Virus record (IMG/VR): IMGVR_UViG_3300027798_000017
Span: 1 to 64,000 of that record
DNA from: a virus
Direction: 5' to 3' (one strand)
DNA length: 64,000 nucleotides
Under the pieces are notes generated by a model. That model did not search any database. It was not told where the DNA came from and saw only the letters and a list, made by a program, of their open reading frames with translations. Positions within the stretch are counted from its first letter, which is position 1. The number at the start of each line of letters is the position of its first letter. The position numbers were made by a program, and so were the translations under genes. This document shows positions 30,083 to 39,290 of the stretch, piece by piece.

Positions 30083-31252
30083 TTATGAGTAGTATGGATT
30101 ATTTGGCATATGATTTTTAAACATATCATAGAATCGTGAGTACTGTGCTTTTCTATTTGTTTCCCAAACTTGTTTCATTTCACCAAAGTCAGGAGTATTA
30201 ATAAATCCAAGTGCTTTGTTTCTTGCTTCACGTAATTTTCCTGACATCAACTGCATCAACTGCACTGTGTTCTCACCTGCCTGAGCAAGGTTCTCATAAA
30301 TACGTTCTTTCAATGCATACTCATAATATTCATCAGCATATGGATGTCTAAGAACCATAAGTTCTCCTGAATCAGTTTCCATTACACTTTCATACATTAT
30401 TGCAACTTCTCCTTCTTTAAAGTTTGTTTCTAAGAAACCATTTTTTAAATATACTGAGTAATAGTTGCGTGAGTTTACATCAAGACAGTCTGCAGATACA
30501 GATTGATTTTTTACAATTTGTAATCTAAATAGATTTTTAAACTTACGCGTTCTACCATTACATCTATTAACCACAACTGGTTGACCATTTTCATGTGTAA
30601 AGGATGTCACATTGCAAGGTTTAGTATCTTGTACACATGGGTTTGGTGGAATAGGACAAGGATCTGGTGGACAATGTTCACCATTGCTTGACTTAGAACC
30701 CATAATTATTACTCTTACACTAGGCTGTATACCTACATACTCTGAAACAAGTTGTATTGTGTCTTCGTCTATCACTACAACGTCAAAGTTTAGTAAACTA
30801 TGATCCTGTGCCAATGCTTGAACAATAACATAATTGGTTCCTAAGTTATGTGTTATTGTATTTATACCTGGAACAATTGATATTATCTGAGTGTACTGCT
30901 CTACCATATTCTTATAAATTTCAAATTGTGCTTCATAAATTCCATCTGCTACACCTTGCTGATATGTTTTATAAGACCATAAAGGTGGATTGTGTGCTTC
31001 AATTGAGCCAGTGCAAAGTAACGCATGATTTAATACATAAAAGTCTGATGGAAGTTTTGCGCGATGATTTGTAACTTCAAGCATTCTTACGCGATTAGGA
31101 TTTATTTTTAATCCTAAATCATAGTTTACACGTTGAACTACTTTGATTAGTGTTTGGTCATCAATCATTCCTTCAAGGTCAAACGTTCTTAAGTCTATCT
31201 TAACACTGTCAAGAAGTTCCTCAAATGTTCTATATTGTAATTCTGCTTTCAT
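30083..31252 (-). CDS. Tail tubular/ring protein with inserted THNLG beta-domain, 389 aa
   Basis: AKLPSDF, NGFLETNFKEG and YYEYALK motifs of crAss ring proteins; adjacent to the muzzle gene. Confidence 0.7.
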   Translation of the reverse strand: MKAELQYRTFEELLDSVKIDLRTFDLEGMIDDQTLIKVVQRVNYDLGLKINPNRVRMLEVTNHRAKLPSDFYVLNHALLCTGSIEAHNPPLWSYKTYQQGVADGIYEAQFEIYKNMVEQYTQIISIVPGINTITHNLGTNYVIVQALAQDHSLLNFDVVVIDEDTIQLVSEYVGIQPSVRVIIMGSKSSNGEHCPPDPCPIPPNPCVQDTKPCNVTSFTHENGQPVVVNRCNGRTRKFKNLFRLQIVKNQSVSADCLDVNSRNYYSVYLKNGFLETNFKEGEVAIMYESVMETDSGELMVLRHPYADEYYEYALKERIYENLAQAGENTVQLMQLMSGKLREARNKALGFINTPDFGEMKQVWETNRKAQYSRFYDMFKNHMPNNPYYS

Positions 31253-31254
31253 TT

Positions 31255-31935
31255 TTATGAGGTTACACTTGATGCATTTTGACCAGGATCAGAAGGGATT
31301 TGTATCATCACTCCTAAATCACGCATTACAAGTTGTTCAATTTCTGAGAATAAAAATTCTGGTACATTTATTTTTTGTGCAGTGATTGCTCTACAATCGT
31401 CTGTTGTATCACAATTCAAACTTGAAACATCATCTTCAAATACTCCTTCAAGTCTAATAGCATCCCATTGAAGATTAGGAAAATATAAATGACCATTCAA
31501 GTACCAGTAATATCTCTTATTATTATACTTGAATGTGCTTTGTTTTGATATTTGCTGAAATGTTATTGGGAATGTTGGAAGTGCTTGTTGAGAAAGATCC
31601 ATTGATGTAACAGAACGTAACAAAGGACCATAGTAACCTTCAATCATTCTAGGAAGTTTTGTCTTTGTTCTCTTGAAGTAACAACCTGTGTCTACACCAT
31701 AACATTGTGCTTCTGCAACATCAACGTCAATAAGTTCTACAAAATTTAAAGTTTGAAACACACTGTTGTATTTCATTATGCGATTAAGATTATCCTGACG
31801 ATGCATAAAGAATCGCGCATGTTTCATAATCACTGAGTACAAAAATCTATCTGTAATATTGGCATCTTGCTTAACAGCTTTTACCATATTACGTACTCTT
31901 GATATTGCTTCTCCAACAGTCATATTAAAATTCAA
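31255..31935 (-). CDS. Tail ring (tubular) protein, 226 aa
   Basis: FKRTKTKLP, YYWYLNGHLYF and IRLEGVFED resemble crAss ring proteins. Confidence 0.7.
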   Translation of the reverse strand: MNFNMTVGEAISRVRNMVKAVKQDANITDRFLYSVIMKHARFFMHRQDNLNRIMKYNSVFQTLNFVELIDVDVAEAQCYGVDTGCYFKRTKTKLPRMIEGYYGPLLRSVTSMDLSQQALPTFPITFQQISKQSTFKYNNKRYYWYLNGHLYFPNLQWDAIRLEGVFEDDVSSLNCDTTDDCRAITAQKINVPEFLFSEIEQLVMRDLGVMIQIPSDPGQNASSVTS

Positions 31936-32506
31936 ATTCGTTATACATTTTCAAATTTTCTGCATCATTCTCAGCACGTTCAATGCTATATAACCTGCTT
32001 CTGAAAAGACTGGTTATTTTTACATTAGGATCTACTTGTAGATACATGTTCCAATTTTTAGGATACTCTGCTGCAATTTTTCTTTTAAATTGGCGAACAG
32101 CAGAAAATCCCCATAATTCATTATTTTTAAACTTATACCTGCTAGCGTATGTTGTAAAAAATATTTTTGCTAATTTGTTATCAGTCTCCCAGTTCATATG
32201 TTGAACAGCTTTGCCAAGTTCTGCAGTTTTCTTATAATCAATATTTTTATATTTTTGACTACGTGGACAAGTGCCAATAAAAACATGCCCTATTTGGCTT
32301 GGAATTTCAACACCATCTCTTTTATTTATCACAGTTTCAATTAACTCATTATTAAACTCACGCACTATAGTCTTTATTTGCTCTTCAGTTAAATATTTTG
32401 CAGCAAACACTTTTGACTGTATCTCATCAAGAAGTGCAGAAGTCATTGTCTTTATAAATGGCTTTTTGTACCTTGGTGCTTTTACGTCTGATGCAAAATT
32501 TTTCAT
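31925..32506 (-). CDS. IHF/HU-like DNA-binding protein, 193 aa
   Basis: Helices followed by GVEIPSQIGHVFI and FSAVRQFKRKIA; crAss late modules carry IHF-like genes at this position. Confidence 0.6.
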   Translation of the reverse strand: MKNFASDVKAPRYKKPFIKTMTSALLDEIQSKVFAAKYLTEEQIKTIVREFNNELIETVINKRDGVEIPSQIGHVFIGTCPRSQKYKNIDYKKTAELGKAVQHMNWETDNKLAKIFFTTYASRYKFKNNELWGFSAVRQFKRKIAAEYPKNWNMYLQVDPNVKITSLFRSRLYSIERAENDAENLKMYNEFEF

Positions 32507-32514
32507 AACTGTTC

Positions 32515-32535
32515 CTCAATAAAATATAGACAAAA
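32515..32535 (-). promoter_or_regulatory. Putative late-promoter motif TTTTGTCTATATTTTATTGAG
   Basis: Copy of the five-member intergenic motif, just after a terminator. Confidence 0.45.
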
Positions 32536-32561
32536 TAAATGATTTAAACAAATATAAGAAT

Positions 32562-32592
32562 AAAAACAAAACCCTCAATGAATGAGGGTTGT
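32562..32592 (-). terminator. Rho-independent terminator
   Basis: AACCCTCA/TGAGGGTT stem followed by a T-rich tract on the minus strand. Confidence 0.7.
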
Positions 32593-32613
32593 TCTGAGTG
32601 AATCACTAAATTA

Positions 32614-34212
32614 CTATGAACATGATACAACTGTAAGTAACATTGTGTCAGAAACTTTGCAACCAGCAGTATCTGTTACTATGACTTTGGCTAAGCCTAC
32701 TCTACCTGCATTTGCACTAGCACAAGCATCAAAAACATTTGTTACTGCAGGATCGTTTAAAGGAATTCTTCTTGCGTCATTGGTAGGATCAGCTGGGTCA
32801 GCATCAAGTTGAAACATTGTCCCACCACTAAATGCAAAATCTGCCATACTCCATGTATATGTATATGGAGCAATACCACCTGTTACCACAGCTTCAATTG
32901 CTCTACCTGCTGCCTCTACTATTTCAACAAACATTGGACATGGTATAATTGCATTGACAATGTAATTGGTAACACCTGTTTCAAGAGGTACTACTTGAAT
33001 ATCAATATTATCACCAGCAATTACATTAACACAACAGTTGTTAATTACTTGAAATGTAGTTTGTGTTGGTGTGTCTATTGTTTTTACAATTGTTATTCCT
33101 TGTCCTGCTGTAACATCATATGCTTTCCCACCAGGTCCTGATGGTAGATTTTCAACAAAGTTCTCAAAAGAAATTTTAACTTGTTGACAACCAATAACAT
33201 ACTCAATGTCATATGTAGTATCATTTAATGGGTAACATAACGCTCCTGTAACTAACCCTGCCCATGTTGCATCAACTGTTTCTACTGGTATAACATTTCC
33301 ATTATTATATTCTAAGTCTTTAAGATCTGTAGTTAACCATACAAGATTTCCAATAACAACACCATTATACAAGTTGCCAGAGTTGTCTTTATATGCATTT
33401 GGAATTGCATCTCCTGGATCTTCATTACATTCAGCAGGTCTTACAAGTCTCAAACGTAGACCTTGGTTTTTGTCTACAACTGTTCTAAATAATGTATCAT
33501 CATCAAACTCAAGTGAATACATGTATCCTGTTGCAGTAGCTACACTATCCCATCCCCAGTAAGTACCAATTTGACCATTGTTTGGTGTAAATACACCAGT
33601 GTCAAGACGGTACACAGATGGCATTACTGACAAAGTTGTTAAGTTAGTAGCTGCACTATTTGGTATACTCCAACATGTTAATGATTTCATTGGACCTGCT
33701 GCAGTATTATTCCATGGTGTAAATGTTGCACTTGGATTAATTGCTGTAACTAATGCTTGCCAGTCATTGTTGTTTGGAACTCTCCACGTATTGATAGGAT
33801 TATCAAGAGCTGTTGTATTAACAATACCTCCAACTACGCGACCATCACCTGCAATTGCAGTATTAATTGCAAACCAGTTATAGAGTAATCCATCATAAGG
33901 ACAAAATGCTGTGTCATCTACACATAACATTATATAGTCAGGATCATCTATACTTGTAACTGCTGGTATAGTACAGCATGCGTCTTCACATGTCAAATCA
34001 ACAAGTGCTGCAAGAGCATCTGCCAATGAGGTATTAGTTGGTATTATTGGAACGTCATTGCACAAAAGCGCTGGTCCTGTATACTTAACACATTCAGCAT
34101 TAACTATTTCAACGCATGGTTGTGGATCAGGACATACTGGTGGTGGAGTAATGCATGGTTCTGGTATTGATGGACCACATCCACATCCCTCACAGTTATT
34201 ATTTATTGCCAT
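32614..34212 (-). CDS. Cys-rich fibre/receptor-binding protein with circularly permuted FISUMP (Fib_succ_major)-like domain, 532 aa
   Basis: GLLYNW, WRVP..DW, ATN and GLRLRLVR come before DNSGNLYNGVVIGNLVW; C-terminal GGIAPYTYTWS...VTDTAGC is SprB-like. Confidence 0.65.
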   Translation of the reverse strand: MAINNNCEGCGCGPSIPEPCITPPPVCPDPQPCVEIVNAECVKYTGPALLCNDVPIIPTNTSLADALAALVDLTCEDACCTIPAVTSIDDPDYIMLCVDDTAFCPYDGLLYNWFAINTAIAGDGRVVGGIVNTTALDNPINTWRVPNNNDWQALVTAINPSATFTPWNNTAAGPMKSLTCWSIPNSAATNLTTLSVMPSVYRLDTGVFTPNNGQIGTYWGWDSVATATGYMYSLEFDDDTLFRTVVDKNQGLRLRLVRPAECNEDPGDAIPNAYKDNSGNLYNGVVIGNLVWLTTDLKDLEYNNGNVIPVETVDATWAGLVTGALCYPLNDTTYDIEYVIGCQQVKISFENFVENLPSGPGGKAYDVTAGQGITIVKTIDTPTQTTFQVINNCCVNVIAGDNIDIQVVPLETGVTNYIVNAIIPCPMFVEIVEAAGRAIEAVVTGGIAPYTYTWSMADFAFSGGTMFQLDADPADPTNDARRIPLNDPAVTNVFDACASANAGRVGLAKVIVTDTAGCKVSDTMLLTVVSCS

Positions 34213-34229
34213 TTTTATTTATTTTAAGT

Positions 34230-35882
34230 TTATATACAATCTGTTGTTTCAGTAATAATACATGATGGTGCACCATAACAGTCACTAAATGTAGTTGTAA
34301 CATCAGGACATGTCCAAGTAATCGTTTGACCTGGTCCACCAACTAGTAATGGTGGCACTGTAACTAGTTGTCTAGTAGAAAATAATAAAAAATCTTCTAT
34401 ATCCGCAGCACCAGTCATAATATCATTTGCCATAAATGTTTCATCAACTGAATAAATTTCTGCACCAAATCCAAACGCACTAGCAATGTTATATCCATCT
34501 AAAATTAGCCTATGTATTCCAGCTGGTAATGTGATTGGAAATGCATGCCAATATCTAAAAGTTTCAGTAACGCTAGTACTAGGACTTGAACCATTTGCTG
34601 ATAGAGAACACCAAATATTTACAATATTTGTTAAGCCTCCACCATTAAATGTAGTTGAATTTATTTTTGCTCTTATTTGATTATCACCAGCAAGCGCAAA
34701 AATAAATTGACGTTCTTCATCAATTTCAATACAATACTCAACGCTAAACCATTGACCACCAGGCCATGCACCAGTATATGAATTTCCAGGTGCTGGATTA
34801 CTTCCAGGAAGTTTTGCCCATAATCCAGACACATTTTGTCTTGATGCAGGTCCTAATGTTGCACTTGAACATGTTGCCTGTATGCCTATGTCAGCACCAA
34901 GTCCTGCACTTTCACAAGCTTTGTATCGTGTTCCAAATCCAGTATCAGGTATGGCAGCATTACGCCAAGCATTTATTGGATAAGGTCTTCCAGAAATATC
35001 ATTGTAAAGTCTAACACCAAAGTCACCATAGTCACCATTATTAGCTGGTTTAAATAATTCATAAACAGTACCAGCACTTGGTGTAGCTGGTTCTTGTGTA
35101 ACTCTTGTACAAAGATTTGTTGTTGGATCTAAAAAGTAACTTTCAGGACACTCACATGGTGCAGGATCTATTAAACATTCTAGTTTAAATATTTTCCAAC
35201 CTGTTCCTGGATTAGTTCCTGATATAGATTGTATTAAAATATCTTCTGATACAGCTGGATTTGATTTAATGTAAGTCATTGCATAACAACTTGGCTCAGC
35301 TCCAGGATCAGGTGAGCATAAATTTGGTATAGGTAAACTAGGAGGGTTAAGTGGAAAACCTGGATTGTACATGCTTAAACCAGATGTGTTTGACATAGGG
35401 GTTCCTCCAGGAGGATCACCTGAACCTTCACCATAAACAGTTATAACTTCAGAACCAGTTGGTAAAAAAGCTGTACCATTATATAAATATGAAGTGCGTG
35501 TCAAACTAGTAGTTGTAGGCCATCCACCAGACACACTTCCTGCAAATCCTATACTTGCTAATTTGGTAACTTTGTCTGAGGTAACTATTGAAAAACTATC
35601 TGGATTACCATAAGGTGATGCAGTAACTTTAATTCCAAGAACTCCAGCAGGAATTGTAAATGGAACATAATATGCGCCAGCAAAACCACTCGCTGCTAAG
35701 TCCCCATTACATTGTATACCAGGTACATTACAATCTATTTCACACCAAGCAGTACCATCCCAATATTTTACAGGACAATTATTTGGATCAATTACTTGCC
35801 AATTTGCAAGAGTTTTTACATGAACATTACAGTCACATATATCAACCCAATTTATACCATCAAATACTTTATATACTCCCAT
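34230..35882 (-). CDS. Putative fibre/adhesin with PA14-like C-terminal domain, 550 aa
   Basis: KVFDGINW/KYWDGTAW repeats, CPxxY..C hairpin and ALAGDN...ITLPAGIHRL. Confidence 0.55.
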   Translation of the reverse strand: MGVYKVFDGINWVDICDCNVHVKTLANWQVIDPNNCPVKYWDGTAWCEIDCNVPGIQCNGDLAASGFAGAYYVPFTIPAGVLGIKVTASPYGNPDSFSIVTSDKVTKLASIGFAGSVSGGWPTTTSLTRTSYLYNGTAFLPTGSEVITVYGEGSGDPPGGTPMSNTSGLSMYNPGFPLNPPSLPIPNLCSPDPGAEPSCYAMTYIKSNPAVSEDILIQSISGTNPGTGWKIFKLECLIDPAPCECPESYFLDPTTNLCTRVTQEPATPSAGTVYELFKPANNGDYGDFGVRLYNDISGRPYPINAWRNAAIPDTGFGTRYKACESAGLGADIGIQATCSSATLGPASRQNVSGLWAKLPGSNPAPGNSYTGAWPGGQWFSVEYCIEIDEERQFIFALAGDNQIRAKINSTTFNGGGLTNIVNIWCSLSANGSSPSTSVTETFRYWHAFPITLPAGIHRLILDGYNIASAFGFGAEIYSVDETFMANDIMTGAADIEDFLLFSTRQLVTVPPLLVGGPGQTITWTCPDVTTTFSDCYGAPSCIITETTDCI

Positions 35883-35886
35883 CTTA

Positions 35887-36582
35887 TTATGGATTACAAG
35901 GTTCTATCCACAAATCACCAGGTCTAATTTGATTGTTGCCTGGTAAGTTATTTACACCAAAGCCATCAACAGAACCATAAAGACTATTAAAGTCTGTTGA
36001 TGTAGGTTGTGTTGTTTGTACAAATACTGCAACACCTCTACCTGATTTACCATTTGTACCAGCATTTCCAGGATCTCCTTTTACACCTTGAGTACCACTA
36101 GATCCTTCAGGACCTTGAGGCCCAATTGCTCCTGTACCATCACAACCACTACATACATAGTATTGGTTTATTACTGTATTTGTAATTCCACTAAATAGTT
36201 GTATCTCTATTCCACCACAAGGGCAAAAAGGACTTCCTATCATAACTTCATTTACTACTACGTAATTACCATTTAGACCATCATCGCCATCAGCTCCAGC
36301 TGGCCCTGTTGGACCAGGTGTAAGTTGGATGTTACAAATTTGGTCTATTACTATTTGAAATAATTCTGCAAAATCTTCTGGTGCACATCCTAAGTAATTA
36401 AAGCATGAAATATCATACGTACTTGGATCAAGCATGACAAGAGTATCACAAAACTTAGTTGCAAGTTTAAATAATACTTCTGTTATTGTATCTCCCTTAC
36501 ATAATTTCAAACATGGAATATCTGGACCTTCCCAGATCACACAGTTTGAAGAAGTTTTTATGCACCCATCTTTACTATACAT
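35887..36582 (-). CDS. Collagen-like fibre protein, 231 aa
   Basis: Two Gly-X-Y runs; N-terminal CVIWEGPDIPCLKLCKGD domain shared with neighbouring genes. Confidence 0.7.
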   Translation of the reverse strand: MYSKDGCIKTSSNCVIWEGPDIPCLKLCKGDTITEVLFKLATKFCDTLVMLDPSTYDISCFNYLGCAPEDFAELFQIVIDQICNIQLTPGPTGPAGADGDDGLNGNYVVVNEVMIGSPFCPCGGIEIQLFSGITNTVINQYYVCSGCDGTGAIGPQGPEGSSGTQGVKGDPGNAGTNGKSGRGVAVFVQTTQPTSTDFNSLYGSVDGFGVNNLPGNNQIRPGDLWIEPCNP

Positions 36583-36592
36583 AATTAATATT

Positions 36593-38188
36593 TTAACATG
36601 TTCCTAAACTTGATAATGACACATCAATACCTATTGTTGCTGGCAATGGTCCTCCACCAGATAATTCAGATCCACCCCAACAATCAACATTTGTATTTAA
36701 TGTAATACATCCAGTAGTTGGTGCTCCTGGACAATATACACGTGTACTGCTTATGTAAGTTATTACACCAAACGTACTTCCTGTAGGAATTGTTATAAGT
36801 AAATCTGTTATTGTATTTGGATCACCAGGACAACCATCTTGTGAAATTCTAATTGTTGTTTCAATTGGTCCACCACTATTTATAACAGGAACGCCAACGC
36901 TATCTTTTAATGATATTGTTATTTCACGATTAGTTTCTGTAAATGGTGTTACTATTCCTGAAACTGGATTTGAACATGTTTCTAGTGTACTAGCATCAAT
37001 ACCATTATTGTAAAACAATTTAGCTACGTATGGTATGTCAGATAAAATACCCTGCACTTGTACAGAAGAAGATGTTCCACAATCATAAACAGCATAAACT
37101 TTTACAATATATTCAGTTCCTGCAACAATTGAAGGACTAACAATTGTGTAATATGAAGGTGTTGGACCAACTGTAGTTGTCACAAGTGGTGTTATGCCTA
37201 TTAAAGTATATACTTCAATTTTGTATGCAAGTGGTGCTTCTGATGTTGGTGTTGTAGGTGCTACCCAGTTTACTCTACAACCAGTAGTTGTAAGATTTGA
37301 AAGCGTTGCTGATACAGGTGGCACTAATACACATGGTAATACAGATGTGCCTGATATACAGTCATTTATCTTGCAAACAATTAACCATAAATTATTCATT
37401 GATCCAGCTACAGAAATAGGATTATCAATCCATCCTGCAATATCACCATAAGTTCCAGTTCCACATGGCAGTATGGTTGTATTATCAATACATATATTGT
37501 TAAACATTGCTTGCCATTCAGTCAATGTTCCAAGTAATTCTAGATACTCACAAAGTTTTTGTTCTAAATTAAAAAATGCAGTTGCAATTGGCAACGTTAA
37601 ACCTGGAACACTACCACTTAAACATTGTGTGATTATGTTAGTTATAGCACCACCACCGCCTCCTCCTCCACCACCAATAGCAGCTTCAAGAATAGTTACT
37701 CTGGTATTGAGAGATGCAATAACAGCGTTAATGCTAAAAACATCCGCAATGATATGACAAATTTGAGAAGCCAAATATTCAACGTATTCATCAAGAGGTA
37801 AAGCTGTTATAGTATCACCTGCGCCATCAACATACCAAAGACATTCTGGTAAGTTAACATTGGGTAAAGGATCTGGTCCTGGGGGATCTGGTGGTGTTGG
37901 TGGAGTACATGCATTTGATATTAATAGTTGCAATGTTTCAAGTAATGTTTCAGGTGGGCATTGTCCATTAACTAACAAACACTCAAAATCAAGTGTTGTT
38001 ACATCTAAAACATTTTCAGTAATATCGCATAATATCGTTGCCAACTGATAAACAACATCTTCAATTGTATCTCCTTTGCATAAATTAATGCAAGGAATAT
38101 CAGGTCCATTCCATATGACACAAGATGCAGAAACAGGCATGCAGCCATCTTTTCTATATTTATCTAAATTTTGTGATAATGGCTTCAT
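36593..38188 (-). CDS. Cys-rich structural protein with fibronectin type III domain, 531 aa
   Basis: CVIWNGPDIPCINLCKGD N-terminus; FN3 pattern VNWVAP...YKIEV...GTEYIVKVYA. Confidence 0.65.
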   Translation of the reverse strand: MKPLSQNLDKYRKDGCMPVSASCVIWNGPDIPCINLCKGDTIEDVVYQLATILCDITENVLDVTTLDFECLLVNGQCPPETLLETLQLLISNACTPPTPPDPPGPDPLPNVNLPECLWYVDGAGDTITALPLDEYVEYLASQICHIIADVFSINAVIASLNTRVTILEAAIGGGGGGGGGAITNIITQCLSGSVPGLTLPIATAFFNLEQKLCEYLELLGTLTEWQAMFNNICIDNTTILPCGTGTYGDIAGWIDNPISVAGSMNNLWLIVCKINDCISGTSVLPCVLVPPVSATLSNLTTTGCRVNWVAPTTPTSEAPLAYKIEVYTLIGITPLVTTTVGPTPSYYTIVSPSIVAGTEYIVKVYAVYDCGTSSSVQVQGILSDIPYVAKLFYNNGIDASTLETCSNPVSGIVTPFTETNREITISLKDSVGVPVINSGGPIETTIRISQDGCPGDPNTITDLLITIPTGSTFGVITYISSTRVYCPGAPTTGCITLNTNVDCWGGSELSGGGPLPATIGIDVSLSSLGTC

Positions 38189-38413
38189 TTACAATGTGTT
38201 AATTTGTTCTTCAATACTTTCAAAACTACAACAACAATCAAAATTCAAGTTACAGTTTTTACGTTCTAAGCTTCTTTCATAAAGAGCTTTCATTTCATAT
38301 GCATAGTCAGGCTCCAAACGTTTCTTGCAACCTTTTAATCCATAACGATCACTGTTAAACTCCTGATATAATGAGTCAGCGAAAAGTTCATTTATGTGTG
38401 TTTGTGCGTCCAT
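38189..38413 (-). CDS. Small structural-module protein, 74 aa
   Basis: Tightly packed in the operon; RYGLKGC motif. Confidence 0.6.
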   Translation of the reverse strand: MDAQTHINELFADSLYQEFNSDRYGLKGCKKRLEPDYAYEMKALYERSLERKNCNLNFDCCCSFESIEEQINTL

Positions 38414-38595
38414 TATGTTTTTGGATAATAATTTTTAGGTATTTCCCAAATATGCTGCACATTATCAGCTGTTGCATTTGGTCTTAATGACCTTTCATAA
38501 GTAGCATTGCAACTATTACATACAGATTTACCATCGCTTGCAATCTTTTGTTGACAACCACAGGTAAGTTTAGTTCCACAATTTGAGCATTTCAT
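38413..38595 (-). CDS. Small Cys-rich (CxxC-CGC-CxxC) protein, 60 aa
   Basis: Coupled to neighbours; metal-binding-type Cys pattern. Confidence 0.6.
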   Translation of the reverse strand: MKCSNCGTKLTCGCQQKIASDGKSVCNSCNATYERSLRPNATADNVQHIWEIPKNYYPKT

Positions 38596-38605
38596 ATCTT
38601 TTATT

Positions 38606-39163
38606 TTATCTACATGTTATACAACAACCCATAATATACTTATCAAGAAGTCTATTAGCGTATGCAAGCATATCAACTCCTTGTGCTGTTGCATGGCAGT
38701 ATTCTACTTTTGCCTTTGCTGCATCAATTAGCATTTTTATATATCTAAGGTCATTAAGGTTTTGTATTTCTTCTGAGGCAGGCTCACATTCTTGTAAATG
38801 TAATTTGCAAATTTCTCCATAATATCTATTCAAAGTAGATGTTGTTCTTAAATGATAGTATGTTATGTAAGAAACTTCATTAGGTGATATACTATACTTA
38901 ATAATATATAAACCATCTGCTAAGGGAGATCCTGCTGGACAAGTTATACCTAAATCAGTTGCATCAAATACTTCGCAAAAATTTGGTGTTAACCCAAGTG
39001 TTATATAAACTGGCTGATTTGTACCAGGTATAGTAATGTCAAGTTGTTGACACTCTATTGGTAGTAAATTTGGATCAGCATAGATTGATGTATCAACAAC
39101 TCTGAGAATGTTCTCACAAGCTGTTTCAGGTACATCTAATTGTAAAATGTGTTTTATTGCCAT
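38606..39163 (-). CDS. Virion structural protein (tail hub-like), 185 aa
   Basis: LADGLYIIKYS motif and Cys-containing C-terminal helices, typical of crAss-like tail-region genes. Confidence 0.55.
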   Translation of the reverse strand: MAIKHILQLDVPETACENILRVVDTSIYADPNLLPIECQQLDITIPGTNQPVYITLGLTPNFCEVFDATDLGITCPAGSPLADGLYIIKYSISPNEVSYITYYHLRTTSTLNRYYGEICKLHLQECEPASEEIQNLNDLRYIKMLIDAAKAKVEYCHATAQGVDMLAYANRLLDKYIMGCCITCR

Positions 39164-39187
39164 AATTACAGGTTTTGTTTATATCCC

Positions 39188-39208
39188 CTCACTAAAATTT
39201 AAGAAAAA
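39188..39208 (-). promoter_or_regulatory. Putative late-promoter motif TTTTTCTTAAATTTTAGTGAG
   Basis: Copy of the five-member intergenic motif. Confidence 0.45.
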
Positions 39209-39224
39209 TTTCTTAAATATACAA

Positions 39225-39268
39225 CAAAAAAGAAAAAGAAGAGCGTTATACCCTTCTTTTCCTTTTTG
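39225..39268 (-). terminator. Rho-independent terminator
   Basis: AAAAGAAGGG...CTCTTCTTTT hairpin plus T-tract on the minus strand after the 505-aa gene. Confidence 0.6.
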
Positions 39269-39290
39269 TCTATAGTAGTCAGCTGTGCTA

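Noticed and set aside
37648-37676. Poly-Gly, poly-Asn and poly-Gln codon runs (also ~15125-15150 and ~21470-21510) as contingency repeats
   Set aside because: The codons are mixed and in frame, consistent with ordinary low-complexity linkers.
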